A stretch of DNA of 62,177 nucleotides, the filler included, from Pseudomonadota bacterium (GTDB lineage Bacteria > Bdellovibrionota_F > JAHFAK01 > JBDREC01), in NCBI GenBank assembly GCA_043820105.1. It is 5 parts of 5 records of this genome, joined end to end, with 100 filler letters (N's around TTAATTAATTAA, not from the genome) between each part and the next. Parts side by side here need not be neighbours in the genome. Positions count along the whole stretch, not along the records: positions 38,980 to 50,457 come from JBDREC010000055.1; 4 more parts are not named here. One strand, 5' to 3'. Every line of letters begins with the position of its first letter. Position 1 is the first letter of the stretch. A program made the translations under genes and the position numbers. Below, in pieces: positions 39,297 through 49,900 of this stretch. The notes beneath the pieces are model-generated. The model saw only the letters and a list, made by a program, of their open reading frames with translations. It had not been told where the DNA came from and ran no database searches.

Positions 39297-40352
39297 ATGC
39301 AAAGATCTAGATTAATCATCATTTCTTTCTTTATAATAATAATAATAATAAGCCAAATAGTTTTCGCACAGGTATTAGTAAGGCAAAGACCTGCGCTTGA
39401 AAGACAAAATAAAGAAAGAAGCGCCGAGCTTTTTGCAGCTTATGAAAGATATTATGAAGAGAGAATGCAAAGAACTGAAGCTCTAAAAAGAGAACTCCAA
39501 AGAAAAATAGAACAAAGAGAGGCAATTGATCCTGGACTTATGAGGGAAGTTCAAGAACTTAAACAAGAAGTATTGGAAGTTGAGGTTGAATATACAACAA
39601 TGTGTAGAGAAGCAAGAGAAATGGGGCTTTGGGATGAAGCTTTTAAGGAAAGAGTGCGAATTTATAAACGCGATGAAATGCAAAGGCAAGCTTCACCAGT
39701 TGAAAGACCAATGACACAAGAACAGGTTGAATCGCAAGAAAGAGCAGAAACAGCTAATAATCAAGCTCTTGTAATTATGAGAAGACAAATGACTGATGTA
39801 ACAAGTACTTGGAAATCACGCCTGCAAGATGTTTCGCCAGAAACCTGGGGACGATTTAATGAATACTTAAAAGGTGCTAACAGGGATCTGCTAATAAGAT
39901 TAGAAGAAGCAATAGATTATATTTCATCAAGAAGCAGTGAAGGTATTCGCAATGAAGTTCAAAGAGCCTTTGTTGAAGCTTGTGCAACCATGTTCACAAC
40001 AAATGGAAATGGAACACATCCATTGAACGTGGTGACTCATCTAAAACATCTTGATTTGGCAGGTCTATCAGAAGCGGTTAAAATAAGAAGACTTGGCAGA
40101 CTTTTTAGAGTTATAAAAAATGCCCATCTTCTTACCATGTCAGAAAGAGCAATTAATGAAAGCCTAACTTACGCTGAAAACTTTAAAGTAGAATTTAGAG
40201 TTTTGATGGAAGAATTAAAAGCTATTGCTTTAGAAGACAGGCTTTTAACAGAAGCTGAAAGAGAAACCTTAAGAGATGAAATTATTGAAAGAATTAGAAA
40301 AAGAGAAGAACGCCTTGAAATATGCGGCTTAAGTGCGGCAGCTCCAGTTTAA
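39297..40352 (+). CDS. Secreted orphan Glu/Arg-rich coiled-coil protein
   Basis: Signal peptide MQRSRLIIISFFIIIIIISQIVFA; AAGGA RBS; Cys near the C-terminus (LEICGLSAAAPV). Confidence 0.75.
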   Translation: MQRSRLIIISFFIIIIIISQIVFAQVLVRQRPALERQNKERSAELFAAYERYYEERMQRTEALKRELQRKIEQREAIDPGLMREVQELKQEVLEVEVEYTTMCREAREMGLWDEAFKERVRIYKRDEMQRQASPVERPMTQEQVESQERAETANNQALVIMRRQMTDVTSTWKSRLQDVSPETWGRFNEYLKGANRDLLIRLEEAIDYISSRSSEGIRNEVQRAFVEACATMFTTNGNGTHPLNVVTHLKHLDLAGLSEAVKIRRLGRLFRVIKNAHLLTMSERAINESLTYAENFKVEFRVLMEELKAIALEDRLLTEAERETLRDEIIERIRKREERLEICGLSAAAPV

Positions 40353-40461
40353 TAATCCTCATATCTGAGGACAACTTAACCCACCTGATTTGTTTTAACA
40401 ATTTACAAGCTTTTAACAAAATGAAATCATTGACAAAAAAGGCCTGGTCAATGTCTTGTTT

Positions 40462-40477
40462 TGGCACAATACTTGCT
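40462..40477 (+). promoter_or_regulatory. Sigma54 promoter
   Basis: TGGCAC-AATAC-TTGCT is a perfect consensus match; IHF-like TAACAAAATGAAAT about 45 nt upstream. Confidence 0.82.
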
Positions 40478-40536
40478 TATATCTATTATTATGGACACAT
40501 TTCCTGTGCTTCCATTCTTGAGCATATCTATTGAAA

Positions 40537-40635
40537 TAAGTGGTAAGTGGTAAGTGGTAAGCAGTAAGTTTTGTTGCTGGTTGCTAGTAAATACAACTCG
40601 TGCTCGTTCACGTGAACGTATACGAGAACGAATAT
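40537..40635. repeat. (TAAGTGG)~4 heptamers followed by degenerate hexamers (CTCGTG CTCGTT CACGTG AACGTA TACGAG AACGAA) in a 5' leader
   Basis: Visible tandem units between the promoter and the ATG at 40665. Confidence 0.8.
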
Positions 40636-40664
40636 ACAAAAAAAATTATCAAGGAAGAATTTTG

Positions 40665-43556
40665 ATGGAAAACAAATGGATTCAACTTATTTTAGTTTAT
40701 TTTTTCATTTGTGTTTCTATATCTAATCTATACTCAAACCCCAGGCAATCAATTGAAACCTTTGGTCGTGATCTTGATACAAAGAGCATCTCAACATCTG
40801 ATCCAAATCATGTAATCAGGATACATCCAAAGCAACAAGCCATGGAAGAATTTGCTCAATATGAAAAAGATCCATTCTTGTTTTTAGGTCTTTCTGAATC
40901 AGCTACACCAATGCAAATTGAAGAAGCTATAAAGTCAAGAGAAGCTAAAATATCCGCCTTTTCTAGTCGATCAAGATTTATGCCAAATGAAAGCACTCAA
41001 AGAAATGTTGCCTGGAGAGCTTCAGTTGAAACAGAAAAAGTAAGAATGATTAGAGGACTGTTTGAATATTATTTACATCTAGGAGATGCAAATGAACAAT
41101 TACGCAGTCCACGGCCCTATCGCCTTAGAGTTTTAGAAAACACAAACCAGGAAGAAATCGCTAGAAAACAAAAAATATTTTACACGAAAGCAGCAGATCT
41201 GGGTTTTTTTCCTGGAAAATATATGCAAAGCCAGCATGCAACACAAACAGCTCACATGATGCAGTTTTATGTTGCTTGTGCTGTCTCTGAACTAATTGAT
41301 AGTTTGGGGACAAATGGAGACTTATCAAAAGTTCAAAATTATTTTTTAAGTTTGCTTGAACCAAGAACTCATGCTCAGTTCATGCTTTTTTCTTTTGGAG
41401 CAGCCTTTGGAACCCAAGGCCTAAGTTATGCATTTCAAAGATATTTGCCATATCTTGGTATGCATGCTGGAAATGGTTCAATGCAAGTTGCATCAATGCT
41501 TGGGCTTATGATTGGATCTGGCTTATCAGATTTAGTATTTGGTCTTTTATTAAATCCAGAGTTTAGAATGTATAGAAATTCTCCTAATGCAGAAGAAAAA
41601 GATTATTACATGGATCGCTTGCTTGAAAATTTTTATTATGACATTGCTGTTGGAACAACTAGCTTAGCAGCCGCTGTGGGAATGTTAAATTTAGGAAAAT
41701 ACGCGATAACAACCATTGCCAAAAATAAATTGGATTTAGTTGCACATGAAGTTCCTTTAACAAATTCAGCCTTTTTAGCCAATCGATTTAAAAACCTGGC
41801 TTTAGTTAAAAGATGGGGGCTTGATGATTTTTTAATAAGGCTCGGCCATGCTCCAAAAGGAGTTGAAGTAAGTAGAGTTGTTATAGGACCTCATGGAAAA
41901 GAAATAGCTCAAAAGCTATTTTATGTTGGTGGTCATGTTGGAATCATGTTTTCAATGGCAGGTACTGTTATCATGCTTCGATTTGCTGATAAGTTTCATC
42001 ATCTTTTTGATGAGTATTTAGCCAACCCTGTTAGGCATTGGTTTTTAGATAATGCAAAAAAAGAATATATAGAATTGAAAAATAAATATCTAGCGGTAGC
42101 GGATGATTCAACCTGGAGAGAGATCATAGATCTTTATTATTCAATAAGTCTTATTGATGACCGCTATAATGATTTAATGAAAAAAGCTAAAGAAGAACAT
42201 TTGGAACATGAAATGACTTATCAGCAGGAAGTTTATGAAATTGAAAAGGCCTATGACACTAAGATTAATTGGGCTATTTGGTTAGGTCAGCGTGGAGCAA
42301 ATGTAAATGATCCTTTATTTAAACAGGAAAATGTTCAAGATGCTAATTTGAAATGGCACGCTGATATTAACACTTTTGATTTTCAAAAGGAACTGCACAG
42401 TAATATTAGAAATATTTTTTATAAATCAGAAAAAGAAGTTCCTGCCTTTGGTCCTTTGGGATCTCGATCAGTTAATACAGGCCTTGGGATGCTCTCTATT
42501 GCTGTTGATCAGATTACCAGGAATAGTGGGCCAAACAATTCAAATTTTAATTTTGGATATAATTTTCCTCAAGAACTATTTGCTCCTCCTGTTGTTTTTG
42601 GAGATTTTTTGTATGATAATTATGTTGAACAAAATCCAGGTCTTGCTTCAGATAAATATTATATGAGAAATGTCGCTAAGATTTTAATAAATAAAATAAA
42701 AAAAGGCGATCTTATATATGTTGTTGAAGATTACGTTCAAAAGCTTCGGGAAGATAAAATTCATAAGATTCAGCTTATAAGTGAAAAATATAACAGGAAT
42801 CTTTCTGAAGTAACAAGCAAAGTGTATTCTCAAGATGGAGAGCTTTGGAAGATAACAAAAGAACAATTAGATTATTTTTATAAGGAGTTTATAGTTTCTT
42901 ATAAACTTACAAATATTAAAAATTCTAAAGAGAAAACCCAAATAGATAAGCTTATAAATTGCATAGATGTTTTGGTTTATAATGATCAAAGTTCTGGTTT
43001 AAGCAGCCAGGTTTGTAAAATGGATGCTATTGATGAAATTCATGATCTATATAGGGAAAGATATTCTCCTGAGGACTTTCAAAAACTGCAATCCTACTTA
43101 ACATATGATGATATTGATTCAACTATTGCTGCTTTTGCTTATGCCAGAGCCTTAAAGGATCATTTCCATGTTCTGGATTTGTCAGGTACCTGTTATTATT
43201 TAAAGACAAAGGAAAATGATCTTTATGATGAGCTAGACTCTGTATGTAATATGTACTCTAATTTGCGTGCCTCTGGAAACCTAAGTTCAATTATGATTTC
43301 AGGAATGCTTGAAAATGAACTTAAAAATAATTCCTCTAATAAAAAAACAGCTGATCCAATTTTAAAACATTATTATGAATCAGAGCATAAGCTCAGTCAA
43401 GATAGAGACTATGAGTTAAGATATAGAAGATTAAAAGTAACATCGATTTTAGCTGAAAAACTTTTTTCTTCCATTGCTACTTACGAGCACTTTAGATCAG
43501 TGCTGGCTTCAATTGGAAACGCCAAGGAATTTGCAGCCAGAGTGCGGGTTAGATAG
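40665..43556 (+). CDS. Large secreted orphan protein with central Gly/Ala-rich hydrophobic helices
   Basis: Signal peptide MENKWIQLILVYFFICVSISNLYS; the upstream ORF extension runs through repeats and is probably not coding. Confidence 0.75.
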   Translation: MENKWIQLILVYFFICVSISNLYSNPRQSIETFGRDLDTKSISTSDPNHVIRIHPKQQAMEEFAQYEKDPFLFLGLSESATPMQIEEAIKSREAKISAFSSRSRFMPNESTQRNVAWRASVETEKVRMIRGLFEYYLHLGDANEQLRSPRPYRLRVLENTNQEEIARKQKIFYTKAADLGFFPGKYMQSQHATQTAHMMQFYVACAVSELIDSLGTNGDLSKVQNYFLSLLEPRTHAQFMLFSFGAAFGTQGLSYAFQRYLPYLGMHAGNGSMQVASMLGLMIGSGLSDLVFGLLLNPEFRMYRNSPNAEEKDYYMDRLLENFYYDIAVGTTSLAAAVGMLNLGKYAITTIAKNKLDLVAHEVPLTNSAFLANRFKNLALVKRWGLDDFLIRLGHAPKGVEVSRVVIGPHGKEIAQKLFYVGGHVGIMFSMAGTVIMLRFADKFHHLFDEYLANPVRHWFLDNAKKEYIELKNKYLAVADDSTWREIIDLYYSISLIDDRYNDLMKKAKEEHLEHEMTYQQEVYEIEKAYDTKINWAIWLGQRGANVNDPLFKQENVQDANLKWHADINTFDFQKELHSNIRNIFYKSEKEVPAFGPLGSRSVNTGLGMLSIAVDQITRNSGPNNSNFNFGYNFPQELFAPPVVFGDFLYDNYVEQNPGLASDKYYMRNVAKILINKIKKGDLIYVVEDYVQKLREDKIHKIQLISEKYNRNLSEVTSKVYSQDGELWKITKEQLDYFYKEFIVSYKLTNIKNSKEKTQIDKLINCIDVLVYNDQSSGLSSQVCKMDAIDEIHDLYRERYSPEDFQKLQSYLTYDDIDSTIAAFAYARALKDHFHVLDLSGTCYYLKTKENDLYDELDSVCNMYSNLRASGNLSSIMISGMLENELKNNSSNKKTADPILKHYYESEHKLSQDRDYELRYRRLKVTSILAEKLFSSIATYEHFRSVLASIGNAKEFAARVRVR

Positions 43557-43569
43557 AAAGGATAATTTA

Positions 43570-46359
43570 ATGCTTAAAAGGACGTTGAAAATTATTTTAA
43601 TACTTACGATGGTGACTAATTTAGCATTTCCTAATGCTATTTTTGCTGTTCAAAATATTCCAGATGATCAAATCATAAGAAAAGCAGGATATGAAAATGT
43701 TAATGGTTCTGTTTTAGGGCTGGCGACTTTTGATTCCAGGGCTGCCTGGTTAAGTATAGCAGAAGAAATTGAAGAGCTAACAAAGCTTTACCTTTTTCCT
43801 TTAGAAGATAATACCAGAAACTATGATTTTGGTTTAAGTCACATTGCCAGGAATCAATCCGCAAGCGGTATTGAAAAAGCCTATGTTGAAAAGGACAAGG
43901 GTTTGGATGCCTATATCCTTTTGCATGTTATAACAAGGAAAACTCCCCCTGCTTATACAAAAACAAAAGCAGGGCAAGATATTTGGAATGGATGCATATA
44001 CCGGGATGAAAATGGTGCAATTGATCTTAGAGATGGCTTAAAAGACACCTTTATGCATAGATTTGATCCTAAACATGAAATTTTTAACTATGATATTTCG
44101 AGCTATAGTGATGATTATAAATCTGAACTAGCTAAAACCGCTGAATATTTCAACGAGGTTTTTAGAAATGGATTTATGTTTTTCGGTGAAGAAAATTCAT
44201 ACGAAGCAGCTCAAAAAATACCACCTGGTTTAGCTGAAGTTAAAATTGAAAAACAAAGATTTAGTATTAATTTAAATATAAAAGAATTTTCAAAATTATT
44301 TTATGGAAGAACAATATTTGATATACCTATTTGTTTTGGGCAAGATGAAAATTCTATCTTGGCGGAAATTCAAGAACTTAAAATGATTATGATAGAAAAT
44401 GGACTCATGCGAGGCGAGCTACCACAAAACTTATCAGGGCATGATACAGGAATATTGTCAGCTTATGGAAAGACCTCGGAAAAGGTAAAAAGTATTTTGG
44501 CAAATAGCTATGGGAAAAATGAAAAGCTTAGAGAATTTTATTTTCTTGGAGCGGCCCTGGGTTCATTAATGCTGGGAGTTGTGAAACCAGACAGGATCAT
44601 GGCTGTTGGCTCCTGGATCGGGGACAATTCTTTAGCACCAGCGTCTTTTTTTGTTGAAAAATTAACAAAGACTGGTGAAACTGCTTTTGTAATGCAAAAA
44701 GCCGGTGTTGCGTCAAGAGCATTTAGGTTCGCGGGTGGCCTTACTTTACATCTTGCAATTATAGCCTTATTTTTGATTCAATCAGGTATTGTTATTTATG
44801 ATGCTTCAAAGCTTACAAGCGGTGAACTCAATCCAAATGAAAATGATTATTTTAAATCTGCAATAACGTTTGACACAATGAGGGCTGCAGCTATTGCAAT
44901 TATGACTGCTGGAGCCTTAGCAAACCCTGTTGTTCTTGGTTTTTTGGGTTTATATGGGATGCTTGAATATTATGATTACTATGCAATAAGCAATGGTGAC
45001 ATCGGATTAAAGCAAATCTTTGCAAATTATTATAGATATTACTCAAGACCAGATGGAGCCTTACATTCTTATGAAGGCAATAGATATGCCCGGTATGCAA
45101 GGAGCAAGGCAGGCCTTGAAAGATTTTTAACAACTTCTGATGGCACAGATTATAGTGAATTTATAACAGTAGAAAGGCTTGAAGACGAACAAGAGCGCTT
45201 TGCTGGGATAATGAAGCTTGTTAAAGATGGTATGAACAATATAAATGATTCATTTGAAGTGGCTAAAGTCATAAAACAAATAAAAATAGTTTTGGAAAAT
45301 GACGAGGATCCAATAGTTCTTCCTGAGCGATATGAAAATCCCCAAAGAAATATTAAAAAGCTTTTAGAATATTTAGAAAGGTCTTATTCATACTATCAAG
45401 GCTATTTAGAAAATGCCTATTATTATAAGCTTAGCTTTTTGCAAGAGTGGTTGGCCTTTGCAGGAGATCATACAATTATGGGTACTCCAGGAGCTATTGC
45501 TCCAATAAAGGCTTTAGGAGAGTCAGCAAGATGGTTTATGATGGAAAATATTCCAAATTATTTTAATTATTGGGTCGATTACTTTAGCCAACCATTTAGA
45601 CTCGGTGATTATAAGTTAGAGTTAACAAAAGAAGCCTTCTGGCATGACTTTAAAGAGCTTTCCTGGAATTCCTGGACAGGGTATGTGCCAAGGCTGGCTC
45701 TGATTGCACCTGCGGCGTCTTGGTTTGGTTTAAGGTCAATGGGGATGGATAAAGTAACAGGCTTAGATGATTTGTTTGATTTAGAAGAATTTAATAATAA
45801 TGTATTTGAGACAATGAAACCACTAGGCATTGATATTGATATGCAAGGCTTTAAATCTCAAGATATGGCCGAACGATATGCTGCCTTTGATTTTCATTTC
45901 AATACTTTATACTTGCATGAAGATTTTAAATATAGAGCAAAAGAGTCCTATGTAAAGGTTGATGAATTTGATAATATTATTGTTAATGAAGAAGAGGGTC
46001 GCAAAAAAACGATTAATGTTGATTATGAGTGCAGTGCTACAATCAGTGAAGATGAATATAGAAGAAAAATTAATCTCGTTGGTTATTATAAAAAGCTTTA
46101 TGAACAAGTTAATCAGCAAAGTACAATTTATAATAAGCTATTAGGAGATGATCCTGTTGGAGATGAAATTGATACAATTGTTGATAATTTAGGCAGACAA
46201 TATACAAATCTTTTAGGTAAGCTGGCTTATGAAGCAGAGACTCTTTCAAGATACGATTATAGATCTGATATTTTTCAAACCTTAATTCTAGTTTCAAAAA
46301 TGGCCGAGGAGTGGAAAAAGTCGTCTATAGAAGATCAAGAGGAGAGTATAGTTGAATAA
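43570..46359 (+). CDS. Large secreted orphan protein with central hydrophobic helices
   Basis: AAGGA RBS, signal peptide MLKRTLKIILILTMVTNLAFPNAIFA; three Gly/Ala-rich hydrophobic segments. Confidence 0.75.
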   Translation: MLKRTLKIILILTMVTNLAFPNAIFAVQNIPDDQIIRKAGYENVNGSVLGLATFDSRAAWLSIAEEIEELTKLYLFPLEDNTRNYDFGLSHIARNQSASGIEKAYVEKDKGLDAYILLHVITRKTPPAYTKTKAGQDIWNGCIYRDENGAIDLRDGLKDTFMHRFDPKHEIFNYDISSYSDDYKSELAKTAEYFNEVFRNGFMFFGEENSYEAAQKIPPGLAEVKIEKQRFSINLNIKEFSKLFYGRTIFDIPICFGQDENSILAEIQELKMIMIENGLMRGELPQNLSGHDTGILSAYGKTSEKVKSILANSYGKNEKLREFYFLGAALGSLMLGVVKPDRIMAVGSWIGDNSLAPASFFVEKLTKTGETAFVMQKAGVASRAFRFAGGLTLHLAIIALFLIQSGIVIYDASKLTSGELNPNENDYFKSAITFDTMRAAAIAIMTAGALANPVVLGFLGLYGMLEYYDYYAISNGDIGLKQIFANYYRYYSRPDGALHSYEGNRYARYARSKAGLERFLTTSDGTDYSEFITVERLEDEQERFAGIMKLVKDGMNNINDSFEVAKVIKQIKIVLENDEDPIVLPERYENPQRNIKKLLEYLERSYSYYQGYLENAYYYKLSFLQEWLAFAGDHTIMGTPGAIAPIKALGESARWFMMENIPNYFNYWVDYFSQPFRLGDYKLELTKEAFWHDFKELSWNSWTGYVPRLALIAPAASWFGLRSMGMDKVTGLDDLFDLEEFNNNVFETMKPLGIDIDMQGFKSQDMAERYAAFDFHFNTLYLHEDFKYRAKESYVKVDEFDNIIVNEEEGRKKTINVDYECSATISEDEYRRKINLVGYYKKLYEQVNQQSTIYNKLLGDDPVGDEIDTIVDNLGRQYTNLLGKLAYEAETLSRYDYRSDIFQTLILVSKMAEEWKKSSIEDQEESIVE

Positions 46360-46780
46360 AAATATAAAGAACATTTTAATATTTTTATTAATGCTGAGTT
46401 GTTCTTTGTATGCACAATCTTTTCCTATTCCCTTTGGAGATAGAAGCAATGATGCTCCAAAGTATGAAGAAGAAGAGCCAGATGCATATGTCAGCTTTTT
46501 GCTAAAAATTCATGAAGATCTTTCCTATAAAGATCCTTTAGATTTTCACGGAATCTGCGAGCTAAAGGAAGCATATAGAAGCGAGCTTTCAAAGCTTTAT
46601 AATAAATGTGTTGATTATGCTGAGGATCATGGCATTTCCTATACAGAGAGAATGGATTATCATCTGGATTTTGAAGCCGAAATGTATGGAGCAATTTGGG
46701 AAGAGATAATGGCTGATAATGTTTTGAGTTATGAAAATTATGGACAAGAATGTTTTGGGCCTTTTTGTCCTAATAATTAA
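46352..46780 (+). CDS. Small secreted acidic Cys-containing orphan protein
   Basis: GAGGAG RBS, TTG start overlapping the upstream stop, signal peptide, four Cys in the mature part. Confidence 0.7.
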   Translation: MNKNIKNILIFLLMLSCSLYAQSFPIPFGDRSNDAPKYEEEEPDAYVSFLLKIHEDLSYKDPLDFHGICELKEAYRSELSKLYNKCVDYAEDHGISYTERMDYHLDFEAEMYGAIWEEIMADNVLSYENYGQECFGPFCPNN

Positions 46781-46917
46781 AATGTATATAAAATAAATGG
46801 TTTTGATTGGGACTTCAATTCCTCGAAATTGCTTGTAAAAGTCTCGGTTTGCGATAACATTTCTTCATTGACTTATCTAATCTAGTGATTTAACAAAGCT
46901 TGTCAAATAACACGCTG

Positions 46918-46933
46918 TGGCATGAACTTTGCA
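46918..46933 (+). promoter_or_regulatory. Sigma54 promoter
   Basis: TGGCAT-GAACT-TTGCA, about 50 nt upstream of the ORF. Confidence 0.78.
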
Positions 46934-46980
46934 GTTATCTAAAGTGAGCATATTGGACCAAGTTATTAATTTATTAAATA

Positions 46981-49900
46981 ATGGATTTTATGAAACGGAA
47001 AAATTATAGAAATCGACAAATTTTCCTTAATATATTCTTAAATTTAATTCTTTTAATATTTCTATCTAGTTTTGCTAATTCTACTGTTTTAGATGTTTCA
47101 AAATTAGTTTCATTTGTCGATGGCCAAGCAATTGGGTCTATGTATCCTGATCAGGGGATAAAATCTTCATATTTGAATTTCCCAATATCAGGTCCCGATT
47201 CAGTAGTAGAACTACGAGTATATTTGGATTCAGAAGCCCAAAACAACCCGGAATTTATTTATTTAGAAACTTCAACAAATGAGGAATCAGAATTATTAAA
47301 AAGTACTCTGGAAAAATTATTCATCTCTAGCAATGCAGCACAGCTTAGTGAAGCCTATACTGCATTAATTAATATTTTTAGTGGAAGATTCCCCAAAATA
47401 CGCTTAAAGTCATCTGCGGTTAGGATTTCAGAAAATGGAGAAAGATATTATTCTATAATAATTAGTCCACGGTTTAATCAATTTGCTGAATCATCAATTG
47501 TTGATAGCAATGGCGGTCTTGTTACTCTTAGACAACCCAAAAGTTGGCACGGAGAAAATAGAACTTTAACAAATTTTACTTTAAAGTTTTTTGATACAAG
47601 CATGACAAAAGGTGTCGGTGTAATGGGCTTTCCAGTTGCCTATTCAAGGCCAGTTCAAGATATTAAAGATGCAACACCGCTTTACGACTTTGATGAAATA
47701 ACAATGAACAGGTTATATTTGGGGCAAATGTCTTATGAAGACGCGATACCTGTATTAAAAAAAATAATTGATGCTAGTATTGCGTCATTATCATGGACAG
47801 GCAATCTTTTAGAACAAAGAGGTCTTGATGCAAGTGTTGAAAACCTTGGTTTATTAATTAGTGAATATGAAGCAGGTTTAATTGAATTAAGTGAGTTTCC
47901 AAGGTCCTTGCAACCATTTGTAGAAAATCTTGGATTCGAAAGGTTTTTTAATTTACTAAATGATATTGATATGGATACTTTAACAGAAGATAGAGCATAT
48001 GATTACTTGAGAATAGCCTATGGAGATCCCTTGCAACCCGAGGAGCTTAGCTTTGAAGAAACTCAAAGAACAAGATATGTTTTTAGTCCTAAACAGGAAG
48101 CTTTATATATTCCCACCTTTGAAGAAATGGCGGAAATGATTGTCGCTGAAAAAGCAAGACTTGGATATGATACTGTTTGGTTAGCTCCTGTGCGAGACTA
48201 TGGGGTAGATTCTGGTTTTACAACAGCTCCCGGAATATTTAAATTAAAAGATGCTGAAGGAAGGCAAAGGGAGGTTTTATGGGGGCCATATAATACTACT
48301 TTCCCAGCTCTTATTATGCGTTATAATTCATCGTCAAATTCAGCTAGTTATTTATTGGGCGGGGATAGTTCTTTGCAAGCTTTGTTTGCTCGCTTTTATG
48401 CAGAGGGAATGACAACTGTTCTTGATTCACCGCATTTGCACCATTCAAGTGCTTCAATGGGTTATGATCTAACTGGATCAGAGCAGTTTTATCGCCTTGT
48501 TGATATTGTTTTAGCTTCACTTGGGTATAGGCGAACTGCACCTCATCCTTTAAATCTTCAAAACAGCTCGTTGATTGAAGTTAGTTCAGGCAGAGAAGTT
48601 TCCTCGTATGAAGTATTTTATGCTAAAAAACCAACTATAGACTCATCCGGAATAATTCAGGAATATTTTCCAGGTAAAGATGCAAGACCCCAAAATCCTG
48701 GAGAAATTGGAAACCATCCGTTTACTGAGGCCAAGCCTGGAAATAGTGAGGCCATGCTTTGGAGAAATATCACAGCACCAGACACAAGAAGGCAGGCGGT
48801 GCAGCTTTTATATACCTTGGCTGAAATTGATTTTTTGAAAAGGATGACTCAAGGGAATATAGATCAGCGTTTAATTATAAGAATGGACGTTGATTTTGCA
48901 AGACTTGATCACGCAAGGCCCCAAGACAGACCATTTGCAAGAAATCTATTTAATAGTTTGATGGCGATGTTTCCCAAATTAATACCTGCAGCTGAACTTG
49001 TTGGAATGCATTCTCCTGATGAAGTAAGAGAGTATGCGCGTGATACTGTTTTGGTTCAACCCAATCCAATGAACCCAATGTTAACAGGAAGATTTGGAGA
49101 AGCTTTTGATGAACGTGGAGTTTTATCGCAACCTGAACGCATAGCTGAAATGGTTCAAGCCGGCGTTGCTTTGTCTTATGGAGAATATCTTAGACAAGCA
49201 GGAACACCTGTTTTAGTTTTTGATCCAAGTGGCAAGTCAAACCCAATGTTTGTTTCTCATTTCTTGCATGACAATTGTACTTCAATGCCAAGCCAGCTTG
49301 GCAGAAACTCTTTACAAGTAGATCGCTATGGTCATAGGACAGTAACATTTGAACATCCCAATCAAGTTCTTGGTACATGGCTTTATTATGCCTTTGGAGG
49401 CAATGGTATTGCTATGATTTTTGATGGACAATTAATTGCTTCACCTAATGATCCTGATTGGACTATTTCCAATGAATCCGGGCAGTATGAAATGCCACGA
49501 TATGAAAGATATGTTGATCCAATGTCTTATATACCTGGGGACGCTAGTGAGGAAGAAAAGGTTGAATTGCGAAAGCAAGTTGCCCAAAATGCATTATTAT
49601 TTAATCACAGCGCTGTTCAGCTAATTAGCTTTTTGCAGGCAACTAAAAATTATCAAGTTTTCCAAATCAAAAGCTTAAATTCTGAAGGTACTTTAATTGG
49701 CAAAGTTATTTTAGTCCCAGGCAAAGGTTATGCTATACATTTATTGAACTTGGGCCCATATACTTATCCCGTTGAGCTTAATTTAGAATCAAACAGCCAT
49801 TTAGGAGCTTTTGAAAGAACTTCTTTGCAACGATATTATGAGGAATTTGGAACAAAGCTAGCCAGAGTAAAAATCACTGAAGGTGAAAAAGCTAAAGCAA

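Noticed and set aside
40554-40664. N-terminal extensions given in the ORF track (40554, 43474, 39279, 35540, 29851, 27993, 59330)
   Set aside because: They run through repeats, RBSs or upstream genes; downstream ATGs give clean signal peptides and/or RBS spacing
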